Positions 1 to 8,137 of a stretch of DNA of 30,813 nucleotides are shown here, piece after piece. Numbering within the stretch: the first letter of the stretch is position 1; every line of letters starts with the position of its first letter. The notes below the pieces were generated by a model. The model had not been told where the DNA came from. It ran no database searches and was given only the letters and a program-made list of their open reading frames with translations. This stretch comes from a virus (taxonomy: Duplodnaviria > Caudoviricetes). The DNA is taken from positions 1-30,813 of IMG/VR virus record IMGVR_UViG_3300017978_000064, one strand, 5' to 3'. A program made the position numbers and the translations under genes.

Positions 1-64
1 TTGGATGTTTTAATAAAATTTGCTCAATCAACCACTCTACGCTACTTTGTTTATTGTTGCTCAT
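1..64 (-). CDS. 5' part of a small hypothetical protein (MSNNKQSSVEWLIEQILLKHP...) that runs off the left end and continues in frame at the right end
   Basis: Hand translation from ATG at 64; open to position 1; N-terminus resembles that of ORF 51..257; joins in frame with 30656..30813. Confidence 0.75.
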   Translation of the reverse strand, partial: MSNNKQSSVEWLIEQILLKHP

Positions 65-257
65 TGTTAAAAAAGTTATTTACGATTTCAGTTGCCTTCT
101 TAAACCCTTCATTATAGCCATCTAAATAAGCCTGTTCTTTTTCAAGCTTAAATAGTTCTCTGGCTTTAGCGATTTCCTTTTCCCATTGTCTATGATGACC
201 AGAGAAGATTTGTTCGATTAAATATTCTAAACTGCTACTTTGTTTATTGTTGTTCAT
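51..257 (-). CDS. small hypothetical phage protein (KQSS.xEyLIEQI type)
   Basis: 68-aa ORF, ATGA-coupled to the upstream gene and preceded by AGGAGGT. Confidence 0.75.
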   Translation of the reverse strand: MNNNKQSSSLEYLIEQIFSGHHRQWEKEIAKARELFKLEKEQAYLDGYNEGFKKATEIVNNFFNNEQQ

Positions 258-478
258 TTGTTACCTCCTTGTATTTTATCACGCATATAATCAATGCCTC
301 CATAATAAGCTATGTCGTCAGGGTCAAAAGCATCATAACCCATTTCTTCTTTGATTTCCTCATCACTTGGTAGTTCGATGGGGGTTAGTTCTTCTAAAAC
401 TTCATCAAAAGTTTTATCGGGTTGACATCTTGCTATATCTATAGCAAATTTTACTTCAAATTCTGTGTATAGTTTCAT
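254..478 (-). CDS. small acidic hypothetical protein (LTPIELPSDEEI motif)
   Basis: 74-aa ORF with 4-nt overlaps on both sides. Confidence 0.75.
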   Translation of the reverse strand: MKLYTEFEVKFAIDIARCQPDKTFDEVLEELTPIELPSDEEIKEEMGYDAFDPDDIAYYGGIDYMRDKIQGGNK

Positions 479-690
479 TTCTTTAACTCCTTTCTGATAC
501 GTATCATTGAACGGTTAAAAACCTCCGATTGATGTCTGCTAACTCTAACAGGCTTTTCTAACTGGTAAGGTGTTGCCTCTTGCTGTTGGTCAAGCCACTT
601 TTGAAATTTTAAGTAGTCGAAATAAATCTTAATTAGCACTGATATTCCACCAATGACTAATCCTGCTAATAAATATCCTACGTCTATCAT
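475..690 (-). CDS. small membrane-anchored hypothetical protein
   Basis: N-terminal hydrophobic helix YLLAGLVIGGISVLIKIYF; starts 5 nt after a TAnnTTTG element. Confidence 0.7.
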   Translation of the reverse strand: MIDVGYLLAGLVIGGISVLIKIYFDYLKFQKWLDQQQEATPYQLEKPVRVSRHQSEVFNRSMIRIRKELKK

Positions 691-695
691 GGGTT

Positions 696-727
696 CAAAA
701 TTAAACTATTCTTTTAATATTACAAAA
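696..727 (-). promoter_or_regulatory. Bacteroidota housekeeping-sigma promoter (TTTG-N19-TAATTTTG) overlapped by a 17-bp operator-like repeat
   Basis: TAATTTTG at 696-703 and TTTG at 723-726; 711-727 is identical to 2372-2388. Confidence 0.7.
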
Positions 728-1357
728 TTATTTTAAGATTTTTGTTAAAAGTTCTGATGCAGCCTCTAACTTCTCATCTATCTCTTCCTTCACTAAATGC
801 AATTCTATCTCTGCTACGTGTATATCTTTGCCCATTGGCATTCGTGGATCAAACGAAACAAAGTACCCTTTTTCTAAATTGGCGGTAATCATGCCAAGTT
901 GCATTTGCCAATAGTACTCTGGGTGAATCTCCTTTAAACTATCAGCATCGTAGATTTCAAAGTTCTTCAAGTGAATTGCAGAGTTATACGGGCATTTAAT
1001 CTCAAGAATGGCATCTTTACTCAAGCCATCAGGAGAATATCCGCTAAAGTCTCCGTAAGGAATAAAAACGTAGGTCTCCCCACCATAGTAAGTAAACTCC
1101 TCAAATGTGATACGTGAGAACTTACTGAATGCGTGTGACTCGTGTTCGATCCCCCAATCAAGAGCCTGACCGAAGATTTGTTTCTTCTGACCGGTGAGAA
1201 TCTCTGCTGCTTTCTCATAGACAAAAGTCTCTGCTGTTTTAGAGAGAGAGTTCCCATTTCGAGAACTCCCCATTAGTTTATGGATTTCCGAGGCTGTGAA
1301 GCGAGATAATCTCGCCTCTTGCCATCTTTCTGCTGATGATGTAATTGTAACTTCCAT
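728..1357 (-). CDS. YqaJ/lambda-exonuclease family recombination nuclease
   Basis: Motifs W..AR...FTASE, WG.EHE, SPDGL, LEIKCP, YYWQMQ; adjacent to erf. Confidence 0.9.
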   Translation of the reverse strand: MEVTITSSAERWQEARLSRFTASEIHKLMGSSRNGNSLSKTAETFVYEKAAEILTGQKKQIFGQALDWGIEHESHAFSKFSRITFEEFTYYGGETYVFIPYGDFSGYSPDGLSKDAILEIKCPYNSAIHLKNFEIYDADSLKEIHPEYYWQMQLGMITANLEKGYFVSFDPRMPMGKDIHVAEIELHLVKEEIDEKLEAASELLTKILK

Positions 1358-1371
1358 CCTTTTTCAATCAT

Positions 1372-1908
1372 TCATTTAGTAGCCGTTAATAAAATTCTAA
1401 CTTCGTCCGTCAAAACGTACTTTGCTTCAATGTCAGATACACTACCACCTTTTGATAAGTGTTCAAGAGCCTTACTCCACATTGGATGCTTTGAGTTTAA
1501 ATGCTCTTTTACAGCAGTAACCTTGTGACCACTTGCAGCGTTGCCGTCATCATCTTCTTGGTTAAGATTAAAGATAGATGCTAAAGCGTAGCGTCTTGCG
1601 TAAGTAATAGCAGAACCTTGAGCCTGTGGGTTATTCAGGTCTTTCATTCTCAATATCTGCTCACTCTTCATCCATTCACCACTTTCTGCATGGTAAACAA
1701 TAGTTACAAGTGACTCGTTATTTGGGTGTTGTGTAACTAATAGACCGCATTCTTGCAAGATTGGGTTGATGGTTTCAAGAATAGCAGTTAAGTCTGCGTA
1801 GTTCTTTTTGAAATGTGGGTTGTTTGCAGTCTTTTTAACGCTGCTAACTTTTGTCTGAAAGCTAAACATAGCCTTCGTTAAGTTGGTGATTTTTTCGCTG
1901 GTTATCAT
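1372..1908 (-). CDS. erf: ERF-family single-strand annealing recombinase
   Basis: NPHFKKNYADL, HAESGEW and GSAITYARRYAL...EDDDGN signature motifs. Confidence 0.92.
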   Translation of the reverse strand: MITSEKITNLTKAMFSFQTKVSSVKKTANNPHFKKNYADLTAILETINPILQECGLLVTQHPNNESLVTIVYHAESGEWMKSEQILRMKDLNNPQAQGSAITYARRYALASIFNLNQEDDDGNAASGHKVTAVKEHLNSKHPMWSKALEHLSKGGSVSDIEAKYVLTDEVRILLTATK

Positions 1909-2177
1909 AATAGTTTTATTGGGTTAACTCCGAATTGGGTAAGGTCTAAAATTGCATCGTAAATGACAATCGGATCAACATTATCGCAGTTGAAGATATA
2001 GTCAAAGCCTGGATGCTCGTCAATGTCTACTTTTTCAATGTGGTCTGCAAACTCGTGAAATAGTTTAGATGCTACAAGGTCTTCAATCTCAAACCTATCA
2101 AACTCAACAGAAATAAAGTCATCGTAAGTGACTACAATAGTTTCGTCAAATACTTCTAAATGAATTGATGCTTTCAT
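1905..2177 (-). CDS. acidic hypothetical protein
   Basis: 90-aa ORF coupled by ATGA overlaps; very D/E rich. Confidence 0.7.
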   Translation of the reverse strand: MKASIHLEVFDETIVVTYDDFISVEFDRFEIEDLVASKLFHEFADHIEKVDIDEHPGFDYIFNCDNVDPIVIYDAILDLTQFGVNPIKLL

Positions 2178-2353
2178 TTGTTCACCTCCTCTAATGCTGT
2201 TTTTATTACCAACATCGCTTTTGGGTTAATTACATCACCGTCAAGATACTTTTTAACGGTTGGCATAGATACACCTGTCTTCTTGCTAACGGTCTTGATT
2301 AAGCCGTGCTTCTTGTGTAGCTTAATTACTGCAATGATTTCTTTCAGTTCCAT
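2174..2353 (-). CDS. Cro-like helix-turn-helix regulator (start revised to ATG 2353)
   Basis: IKTVSKKTGVSMPTVKKYLDG is an HTH pattern; first gene of the operon; ATG lies 4 nt after TATATTTG. Confidence 0.75.
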   Translation of the reverse strand: MELKEIIAVIKLHKKHGLIKTVSKKTGVSMPTVKKYLDGDVINPKAMLVIKTALEEVNK

Positions 2354-2357
2354 GCAG

Positions 2358-2388
2358 CAAATATACAAAAACTTTTAATATTACAAAA
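2358..2388 (-). promoter_or_regulatory. Bacteroidota housekeeping-sigma promoter (TTTG-N18-TATATTTG) with 17-bp operator-like repeat
   Basis: TATATTTG at 2358-2365 and TTTG at 2384-2387; palindromic core TAATATTA. Confidence 0.75.
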
Positions 2389-2493
2389 ATATTTTACAAA
2401 TAAGAGTTTATAAATTACCACCTAATCAGATTTAGTGGCAAAATATAGTCATGTTTTTTACAATAAAAACTGGACAAATATCGGTAATTCCGA

Positions 2494-3015
2494 TTATTCC
2501 CCTGCTAAAGACTCTGCTATGTAAACTCCGATTCTATCTGATAGCACTTGCATCGTTTTGTCCGTGAGTGCCGGTGATATAAATGGTCTTGCTTTTGTGC
2601 CATTTCTGTGAATCTTTCTTGCGATAACGTATGCAAGAGATTTAATCGCAGTTCGTCTATCTTGGTTCTTGGATGTCCTTACTTGAATACCCTTATTAAC
2701 AATCCACTCTTCAATAGACTTTTGAAGCGTTGGGTTGCTTGGTGAGTTTGTTCGTGTTGGAGGTCTGCCGTTCTCGACATACTTCCAGTAATCCAACATC
2801 TGAATCTTTAAGTTATAGCCTTTAGGCTGTGTGCTTATTGATGGCTCAATCTGTTGGTAAAGGTTACGAGATGCAAGACTCTTGTTTTTTTGAAGATTAG
2901 AACGAAAGTTAGAAATTAGCTCATTGCCCCAATTCTGAATAATACGCAAAATGCCATCATCCGATGGTGGGTTGTAACTACTCCACTCTTTACCTATATC
3001 TTCAACGCTCTTCAT
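2494..3015 (-). CDS. virion morphogenesis / tail completion protein (HK97 gp10-like)
   Basis: ASRNL..SI, YWKYVENGR and IARKIHRNGTKARPFI patterns typical of neck/tail completion proteins. Confidence 0.65.
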   Translation of the reverse strand: MKSVEDIGKEWSSYNPPSDDGILRIIQNWGNELISNFRSNLQKNKSLASRNLYQQIEPSISTQPKGYNLKIQMLDYWKYVENGRPPTRTNSPSNPTLQKSIEEWIVNKGIQVRTSKNQDRRTAIKSLAYVIARKIHRNGTKARPFISPALTDKTMQVLSDRIGVYIAESLAGE

Positions 3016-3587
3016 TTCATCAATTCACGATTAGCGTATAGGTAGAAGTCCTGCATACGATTAAGCCAACCTTTGCCGAAGTCCTTAAACGAAGTAAGTG
3101 ACTGCAAAAATGAAACTCGCCAAGCGTAGCAACTCTCAAAAACCCACTTTTCTGACTTTTGCGAAATAAGGCTATTTAAAGCATTAATTGTCTGCTGCCC
3201 TATCTTACCATCAACTTTTAAATTAAAGCCGTGAGAGTTCAAAAAACGCTGCATCTGACGTGAAGCACCACCTATCCCACTACCCCAAGCAAAGTCTGCC
3301 CAAAATTCTGCGATTATTTGTGAGTTTATAGCAGTAGCGTTAACCCCATCCCAATATCTCTGATAAACGCTTAAAAAGTCAGTATGCGTCATTTTATAGA
3401 AACGTGCAATAGACTCTGGTGTTGAGCCGTTAATAGTACGCCATACCATCCAAGTGATTCCCTTGTTAGTGTGAAATCCGCTTCCGTCAGGTACAGGATG
3501 CCTTGAGGCTGTATCTGCCTTGTGTTTAGATAGACCGCCTTCCCATTTAAGGATGTAGTCGATGTTAGAGTGTTCTATTTTTGCCAT
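3012..3587 (-). CDS. endolysin, glycoside hydrolase family 108 with peptidoglycan-binding domain (start revised to ATG 3587)
   Basis: ILKWEGG, TNKGIT, YW, VDGKIGQQT and FGKGWLNR motifs. Confidence 0.88.
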   Translation of the reverse strand: MAKIEHSNIDYILKWEGGLSKHKADTASRHPVPDGSGFHTNKGITWMVWRTINGSTPESIARFYKMTHTDFLSVYQRYWDGVNATAINSQIIAEFWADFAWGSGIGGASRQMQRFLNSHGFNLKVDGKIGQQTINALNSLISQKSEKWVFESCYAWRVSFLQSLTSFKDFGKGWLNRMQDFYLYANRELMK

Positions 3588-3792
3588 TTTCCAAATGTTT
3601 AATAAGTCTGTTGATGTACCATTCTGCTTTTCGTAGGTCTTCAACTCCGTTTTTACGATCATAACGGATAATATACTTAAGAGCATTACCCTGACAATAA
3701 CCTTTAAATGCTTCATAACTCATTGCTGCTTTAATTGAATCTATGGCTTCAACTTCGCCTTGATAATGTGGTGGTTTGTTAACTAAGTCCAT
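3565..3792 (-). CDS. DUF3310 family protein (T7 gp1.7-like)
   Basis: DLVNKPPHY, EAID, GNALKYIIR..RKNGVEDLRKAEWY signature. Confidence 0.9.
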   Translation of the reverse strand: MDLVNKPPHYQGEVEAIDSIKAAMSYEAFKGYCQGNALKYIIRYDRKNGVEDLRKAEWYINRLIKHLENGKNRTL

Positions 3793-4016
3793 AGTGCTTC
3801 AAATTCATTTAACGGCAAATCTATTAAAAAAGTGTGATTACCAATGCAATATACATGAGTCATTTCGTAAAATTCTGTCGCAGCGATAACGTGATTAAGG
3901 TCTAACCACCCCTCTTCTATTATCTCAACAGCATCTGCACCCATATCCAGACCTAACTTTTCGTAGATTGGATCGATGTTATCTTCTTGAAAAACAAAGT
4001 TTACTTTTACTCTCAT
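3783..4016 (-). CDS. hypothetical protein
   Basis: 77-aa ORF overlapping both neighbours in the operon. Confidence 0.7.
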   Translation of the reverse strand: MRVKVNFVFQEDNIDPIYEKLGLDMGADAVEIIEEGWLDLNHVIAATEFYEMTHVYCIGNHTFLIDLPLNEFEALWT

Positions 4017-4864
4017 AATGTTTTGTAAGTGTATGCTGTAACTTTAATTTCTTCTTTGCCGTCTTTAATAATTCTTTGTGGATGCATTTCTAACCATCTA
4101 CCGCCTAATGGCTTCGGAGTGCCTCCTCTTTCAACGTGCCAACATCCTTTACCATCATTGTACTCTTCTTTGTAAGTTGCAGTTCTAATCATTAAAATAT
4201 CTCTTAAATGAACTTTGTGAGATTCGTTTATTCGTTCAACCGTGTATGTCAATTCGTGGTCTTCGTGTACGTGTCCCATCCAAATCATATCAGCACCTTC
4301 TACCATAGTAGACATACGATTGTACTGAATCACTCCTCTTGTTACCGGTCCACCGCCACCGCTTCCGTGAAAGTATTTAATGCGATAAGAACAACCGCCT
4401 CTGTTAGGCTCTCTGCTAAATGAATAAACTATCCACCCACCATAACCACCAACTTCAATTTGAGTATTGTTTTTTGAGTTTAAACCAAAAACAAAGCGTT
4501 CAATTACGTCTGTTTCTTGACGTTTGAGAATAGCGGTCTCATGATTACCATAACCTACAACTTTAATCAAATGAGCATAAGGTGAGAACCAATCTACCGC
4601 ATCACTTACAACCGCATCTAAATAGTTTGCTTTGTTGTGTTCAGGTCTAATGTCGTTTTTGTTTTTTCTTGGGTCGTATGCTCCTTGCATTAAGCAGAAA
4701 GTATCACCGTTGAGCAGTATGTCCGCTCCGATTTCTTTTGCTTGATCAAGGTGACGTTTAAGCAAACCTCTGTCGCATTTTGGATTATCCCAATGGGCAT
4801 CAGAGATGAGTAAAACCTTTTTAGAGGTGAAGTTGTTGCGTAATACATGAACGTTATTTTTCAT
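4013..4864 (-). CDS. calcineurin-like metallophosphoesterase (start likely ATG 4864)
   Basis: All five motifs are present: SDAH, NGD, GNHE, FHG, GHVH. Confidence 0.88.
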   Translation of the reverse strand: MKNNVHVLRNNFTSKKVLLISDAHWDNPKCDRGLLKRHLDQAKEIGADILLNGDTFCLMQGAYDPRKNKNDIRPEHNKANYLDAVVSDAVDWFSPYAHLIKVVGYGNHETAILKRQETDVIERFVFGLNSKNNTQIEVGGYGGWIVYSFSREPNRGGCSYRIKYFHGSGGGGPVTRGVIQYNRMSTMVEGADMIWMGHVHEDHELTYTVERINESHKVHLRDILMIRTATYKEEYNDGKGCWHVERGGTPKPLGGRWLEMHPQRIIKDGKEEIKVTAYTYKTL

Positions 4865-5166
4865 ATAAATAGTGCTAATATGATTAGTGACCAAGAGATA
4901 ATGGCAAAGTCTCTGTATCGCTTTGCATCCCCTTTTAAATCAAAATTAGCGTTTTTAAGTTGGATGATTTGTGAGTGCTGTTCTTGTATGGTTATTGAGT
5001 CATTAGCCGCCAATTTGACGTATAATGACTGCTTTTGACGACATTTGTGTAGTTCTAATAGACGCAAATTTATTTCCTTAATCGTGCTGTCGGAGTATTG
5101 AGAGAATGCTCTCTGTGGTGTGAGCAGAAGTGATAGAATCAGCAAATACTTTGTAAATGCTATCAT
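4861..5166 (-). CDS. secreted coiled-coil protein with C-terminal TM helix, putative spanin-like lysis protein
   Basis: Signal-like N-terminus (YLLILSLLLTPQRAFSQ), heptad-rich middle, C-terminal FAIISWSLIILALFI; near the endolysin. Confidence 0.55.
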   Translation of the reverse strand: MIAFTKYLLILSLLLTPQRAFSQYSDSTIKEINLRLLELHKCRQKQSLYVKLAANDSITIQEQHSQIIQLKNANFDLKGDAKRYRDFAIISWSLIILALFI

Positions 5167-5308
5167 GCTTTTTTTCAATCTCATAGATTTCTCTGATTAT
5201 GACTACTCTACTTGTATCAAGTTGGGATGTCGCAGTAGCTTTCGAGGTAGGGCGTGTTAACAACAAAGTCAATACCATGCCCAGCAACAACATCAGATTT
5301 AGCATCAT
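5078..5308 (-). CDS. N-terminally anchored membrane protein, putative i-spanin-like
   Basis: MMLNLMLLLGMVLTLLL hydrophobic segment then a helical tail; overlaps both neighbours by about 90 nt. Confidence 0.5.
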   Translation of the reverse strand: MMLNLMLLLGMVLTLLLTRPTSKATATSQLDTSRVVIIREIYEIEKKHDSIYKVFADSITSAHTTESILSILRQHD

Positions 5309-5654
5309 AGAAAGGTTCAGCCGTTGCACTAACGACAATCTCGAAGTCTGTATCCGTAACATTTCGTTTAATTAAAGTAACTATATCTAAAATAATTCCT
5401 GCTGTGTCTGAAAGCACCTCAATCGTGTTAGAACCGCTCTCAAACTGCCTATCCATTACAAGCATTGCAAAGTTGTAACTAACTAATCTTGCTTCTGTGT
5501 TAAAAGTAAAGCCGTTAGGCACTAACCAAACTAAAGGGTAGTATTTAACCTCTTCAACCGCAAAGTCAAATTCAGCTCCTACTGCGAACTTGCCCACCAT
5601 TTTGTGTGCTTCCGCTTGTGTTTGGATGTGATTGATTATCTGATTTAACGTCAT
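5217..5654 (-). CDS. putative tail terminator / neck protein
   Basis: 145-aa acidic beta-rich protein with YPLVWL motif; second structural gene after the portal. Confidence 0.6.
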   Translation of the reverse strand: MTLNQIINHIQTQAEAHKMVGKFAVGAEFDFAVEEVKYYPLVWLVPNGFTFNTEARLVSYNFAMLVMDRQFESGSNTIEVLSDTAGIILDIVTLIKRNVTDTDFEIVVSATAEPFYDAKSDVVAGHGIDFVVNTPYLESYCDIPT

Positions 5655-5692
5655 AAAGTTTGATTAGTTTCTTCTCGTTTTTTAATCGCCAT

Positions 5693-6250
5693 TTATTTTT
5701 GAGGGAAGTCATAATTTTTAAAGCATTCGTCTTCACCACCGGGTAAGTACATACCTCCAAAGAAAGCCGTATTTGATGGGTGTATTACATCAAATCCACT
5801 TCCAGGATTTAAGTACAATGGGTAAAGAGTCGGGTTTTCCTTGAGATAATCTCTTAATCTTTCAGCGTAGTATTCCGCTTTGTCTCTGTATCTCTGTTCT
5901 ATCAAAGTCAACTCTGATGGTGTGATAGGGTTAGCATTGTCTGCTGTCCTCGAAGATACGCTTTTATTTAAGAATTTAAACGTCATTGGAAGCATTGACT
6001 CCACCAATGTGTAATATTTTAGACAAGGTGCAATATAAGAGTCTAAAAGTGTTGTATTATCAGCAGTTAACGTGCCATTAAATGCTTGGTCTTGTAACTG
6101 ATTGTAAATACCTGATCCGATTACATCTCTAACGTAAACCTCTTGAGCCTCTTTGATAGCAGACTTTAATAGTTTATCATCAAGATTTTCGTTGATGGGT
6201 GTATTGTCCTTTAAAAAGGAAACGGATATAAAGTAAACGAAATTAGCCAT
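5693..6250 (-). CDS. putative head-tail adaptor protein
   Basis: Helical 185-aa protein directly after the portal; AIKEAQE and Y.ERL.DYL..N...YPLY patterns. Confidence 0.65.
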   Translation of the reverse strand: MANFVYFISVSFLKDNTPINENLDDKLLKSAIKEAQEVYVRDVIGSGIYNQLQDQAFNGTLTADNTTLLDSYIAPCLKYYTLVESMLPMTFKFLNKSVSSRTADNANPITPSELTLIEQRYRDKAEYYAERLRDYLKENPTLYPLYLNPGSGFDVIHPSNTAFFGGMYLPGGEDECFKNYDFPQK

Positions 6251-8024
6251 TTTTTCTTCTTAATAATTGTGATTTCCAAATGTGACGGCAGTAAGGAACG
6301 TGAACAGCAGGAGAAGAGCCTTTAACGGTCATCCAACCGCCTCTTCTTTTCCAAGCGTCATAACCAGGTATTCCGTATTCACGCTGTAAAACTAAACTGA
6401 TTTGGTCAATATCCTCTCTTGAGTACACACGATTCAAAGCGATGAGTCTTCTGCAAAAATCTCTCGAAGTTGGGATAACATCGCCTCCGCTGATACCCGG
6501 TGCTTTCTCATAAGTGTAACGCACTACTAACTCTGTGTCAAGTCCTGACCTTCTTAAGTCTGTTCTACCTTCTTCGCTGATGTTTAAAACAGCATCGTTA
6601 GGAACTATTCTGCCATCGTTAATCATGCGGTCTACCGCTTCAGCAATTAACGCAGGATCTTCTTTGATGTTATTAGCAAGGTCTTGCAAAGTAAGTTGGT
6701 TATTACCTTGTAAGAACTGCAAGATAATCAACTCAAGAGCAGAAGCAAACTGCATTGGCAAAGCCTCAAACATTTCAGCAGATTCACCGTACTTTGAGAA
6801 CACTTCTAAATCTCTATCATCATCCCAGTTAAAAGGGTTTTCTGTATAGCAAGAGCAACTCTGTTTTGAAAATTGCACCGTTTCTGTCATTCCCATTTCT
6901 TTACGAGCCTCTGCTTGAGAGATAATACCCTTTTCAAACAAAAGAACGTAGTCAAGTCCGATAGGAGGTTTGTTCTTGGTAATGAGTTTAACAGGAGTGA
7001 TATATTTAAAGATAGACGTTAACGCTCTATCCATTTGATTCTGTCTTGGCTCAATGTAAGCAGTTTGGAAAGCCTCATAAGCCTCAATAAGTTCTGAACG
7101 TCCACCAAGTTGACCTTCTGTTTTGATGCCGAATAACATCGGAGAAGTAACTCTGTGTGCCATCAATATTTCTTGCTGCACAGTTTGGTTTAAAAGGTCA
7201 AACTGCTTATCAAAGTCAGACGGTGCTAAGTTGTTAACGACAGATGGCGTTTCGTTCGGATCATTAAACTGAATGATGATTGAACCTGCGTTATCCGTTC
7301 CGCTAAAGTTCTCCTTAAAACGTCTCATTGTCTGACGAGCCTCTTCAGGAGTTGGAATGCCCTTGAACAATTGAAGTAAGGTCTGTGCAGAGAAACCACT
7401 CTTAATTGAGTTTAAGTGGAAGTTTGCTATCTCCGTGTCAATCTCTATGTATTTAAGAGCTGATTGATATGGTGCAGTAGGATAATCGCCTTGTCCTGCT
7501 TTGTACAACTTAAAATAAAATAGTTGCTTATTTTCTCTGGTTAAAGGATTCCAGCAATAGTAATAAATTGGTTCTACTCTTCTATCTGACCAATCTTCAG
7601 CATACCAATAGTGACCGTCAAGTGAATGACGCACATTTTGAAAGGGTAAGTGATAGATTTCAGCTACGGAGGTTTTCGCCTTATTCCAAATAACTTCCAA
7701 AGCGAAGCCGTCAAAAAGTTCAAGGTCTGCTGCAATTTTTGATTTAACGTCATCAAAGGACTCGTAAGCGTTAATTGAGGCAAGTCTATCATTTGCTATG
7801 GTTAGTTGCTCTGTGCTTTTTGCTACTACCTCTGTTTTATCACCTGCAATGTATTCTGCCTTTTGAGTTACAATAGCACCGTGTTTTGGTGAACTATTAA
7901 ACAAGTCAATCAGCATATTAGGATAACGATTATCCGCTCCGTAGGTGATATAGTTCTTTGCCTTATTCTCCTTGAAGATAGGGATTTTTGATTCAGCAAA
8001 GTTTATTCTTAAAAATTCAGTCAT
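6243..8024 (-). CDS. portal protein with C-terminal wHTH-like and MuF-like extension
   Basis: YGADNRYP, SPKHGAIV, D.ELFDGFALEV, FSGTDNAG and ILMAHRVTSPMLFG portal motifs; C-terminal SRDFC...RGGW...CRHIW. Confidence 0.85.
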   Translation of the reverse strand: MTEFLRINFAESKIPIFKENKAKNYITYGADNRYPNMLIDLFNSSPKHGAIVTQKAEYIAGDKTEVVAKSTEQLTIANDRLASINAYESFDDVKSKIAADLELFDGFALEVIWNKAKTSVAEIYHLPFQNVRHSLDGHYWYAEDWSDRRVEPIYYYCWNPLTRENKQLFYFKLYKAGQGDYPTAPYQSALKYIEIDTEIANFHLNSIKSGFSAQTLLQLFKGIPTPEEARQTMRRFKENFSGTDNAGSIIIQFNDPNETPSVVNNLAPSDFDKQFDLLNQTVQQEILMAHRVTSPMLFGIKTEGQLGGRSELIEAYEAFQTAYIEPRQNQMDRALTSIFKYITPVKLITKNKPPIGLDYVLLFEKGIISQAEARKEMGMTETVQFSKQSCSCYTENPFNWDDDRDLEVFSKYGESAEMFEALPMQFASALELIILQFLQGNNQLTLQDLANNIKEDPALIAEAVDRMINDGRIVPNDAVLNISEEGRTDLRRSGLDTELVVRYTYEKAPGISGGDVIPTSRDFCRRLIALNRVYSREDIDQISLVLQREYGIPGYDAWKRRGGWMTVKGSSPAVHVPYCRHIWKSQLLRRKNG

Positions 8025-8137
8025 TTTCCTTGTCCTTTTGTTGGTTTAAACGATTCGTGTTTATTCTTATGTTTCTTGTGTCTGCCTAATTTCGCTTTAG
8101 GCTTTGCACTATGATTATTTTGCTGAACCTTTGCCAA
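8021..8137 (-). CDS. 38-aa basic peptide MAKVQQNNHSAKPKAKLGRHKKHKNKHESFKPTKGQGK (absent from the ORF track)
   Basis: Hand translation; TTG start; TGA overlaps the portal ATG; fills the intergenic gap. Confidence 0.7.
   Translation of the reverse strand: MAKVQQNNHSAKPKAKLGRHKKHKNKHESFKPTKGQGK

Noticed and set aside
1021-1257. Nested minus-strand 78-aa ORF in the exonuclease; likewise 19153..19377 and 30065..30274
   Set aside because: Short and motif-free, unlike the nested methyltransferase frame.
2390-2493. AT-rich intergenic region with small hairpins (e.g. TTGCCAC...GTGGTAA)
   Set aside because: Possibly the late-operon terminator, but the stems are imperfect and the U tract is weak; no att, cos or ncRNA call is supportable.
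3588-3716. N-terminal TM/SAR-like extension of the endolysin given in the ORF track
   Set aside because: It lies inside the DUF3310 gene in another frame, and ATG 3587 sits just before the catalytic EGG motif. A SAR-type start is unsupported, though not excluded.
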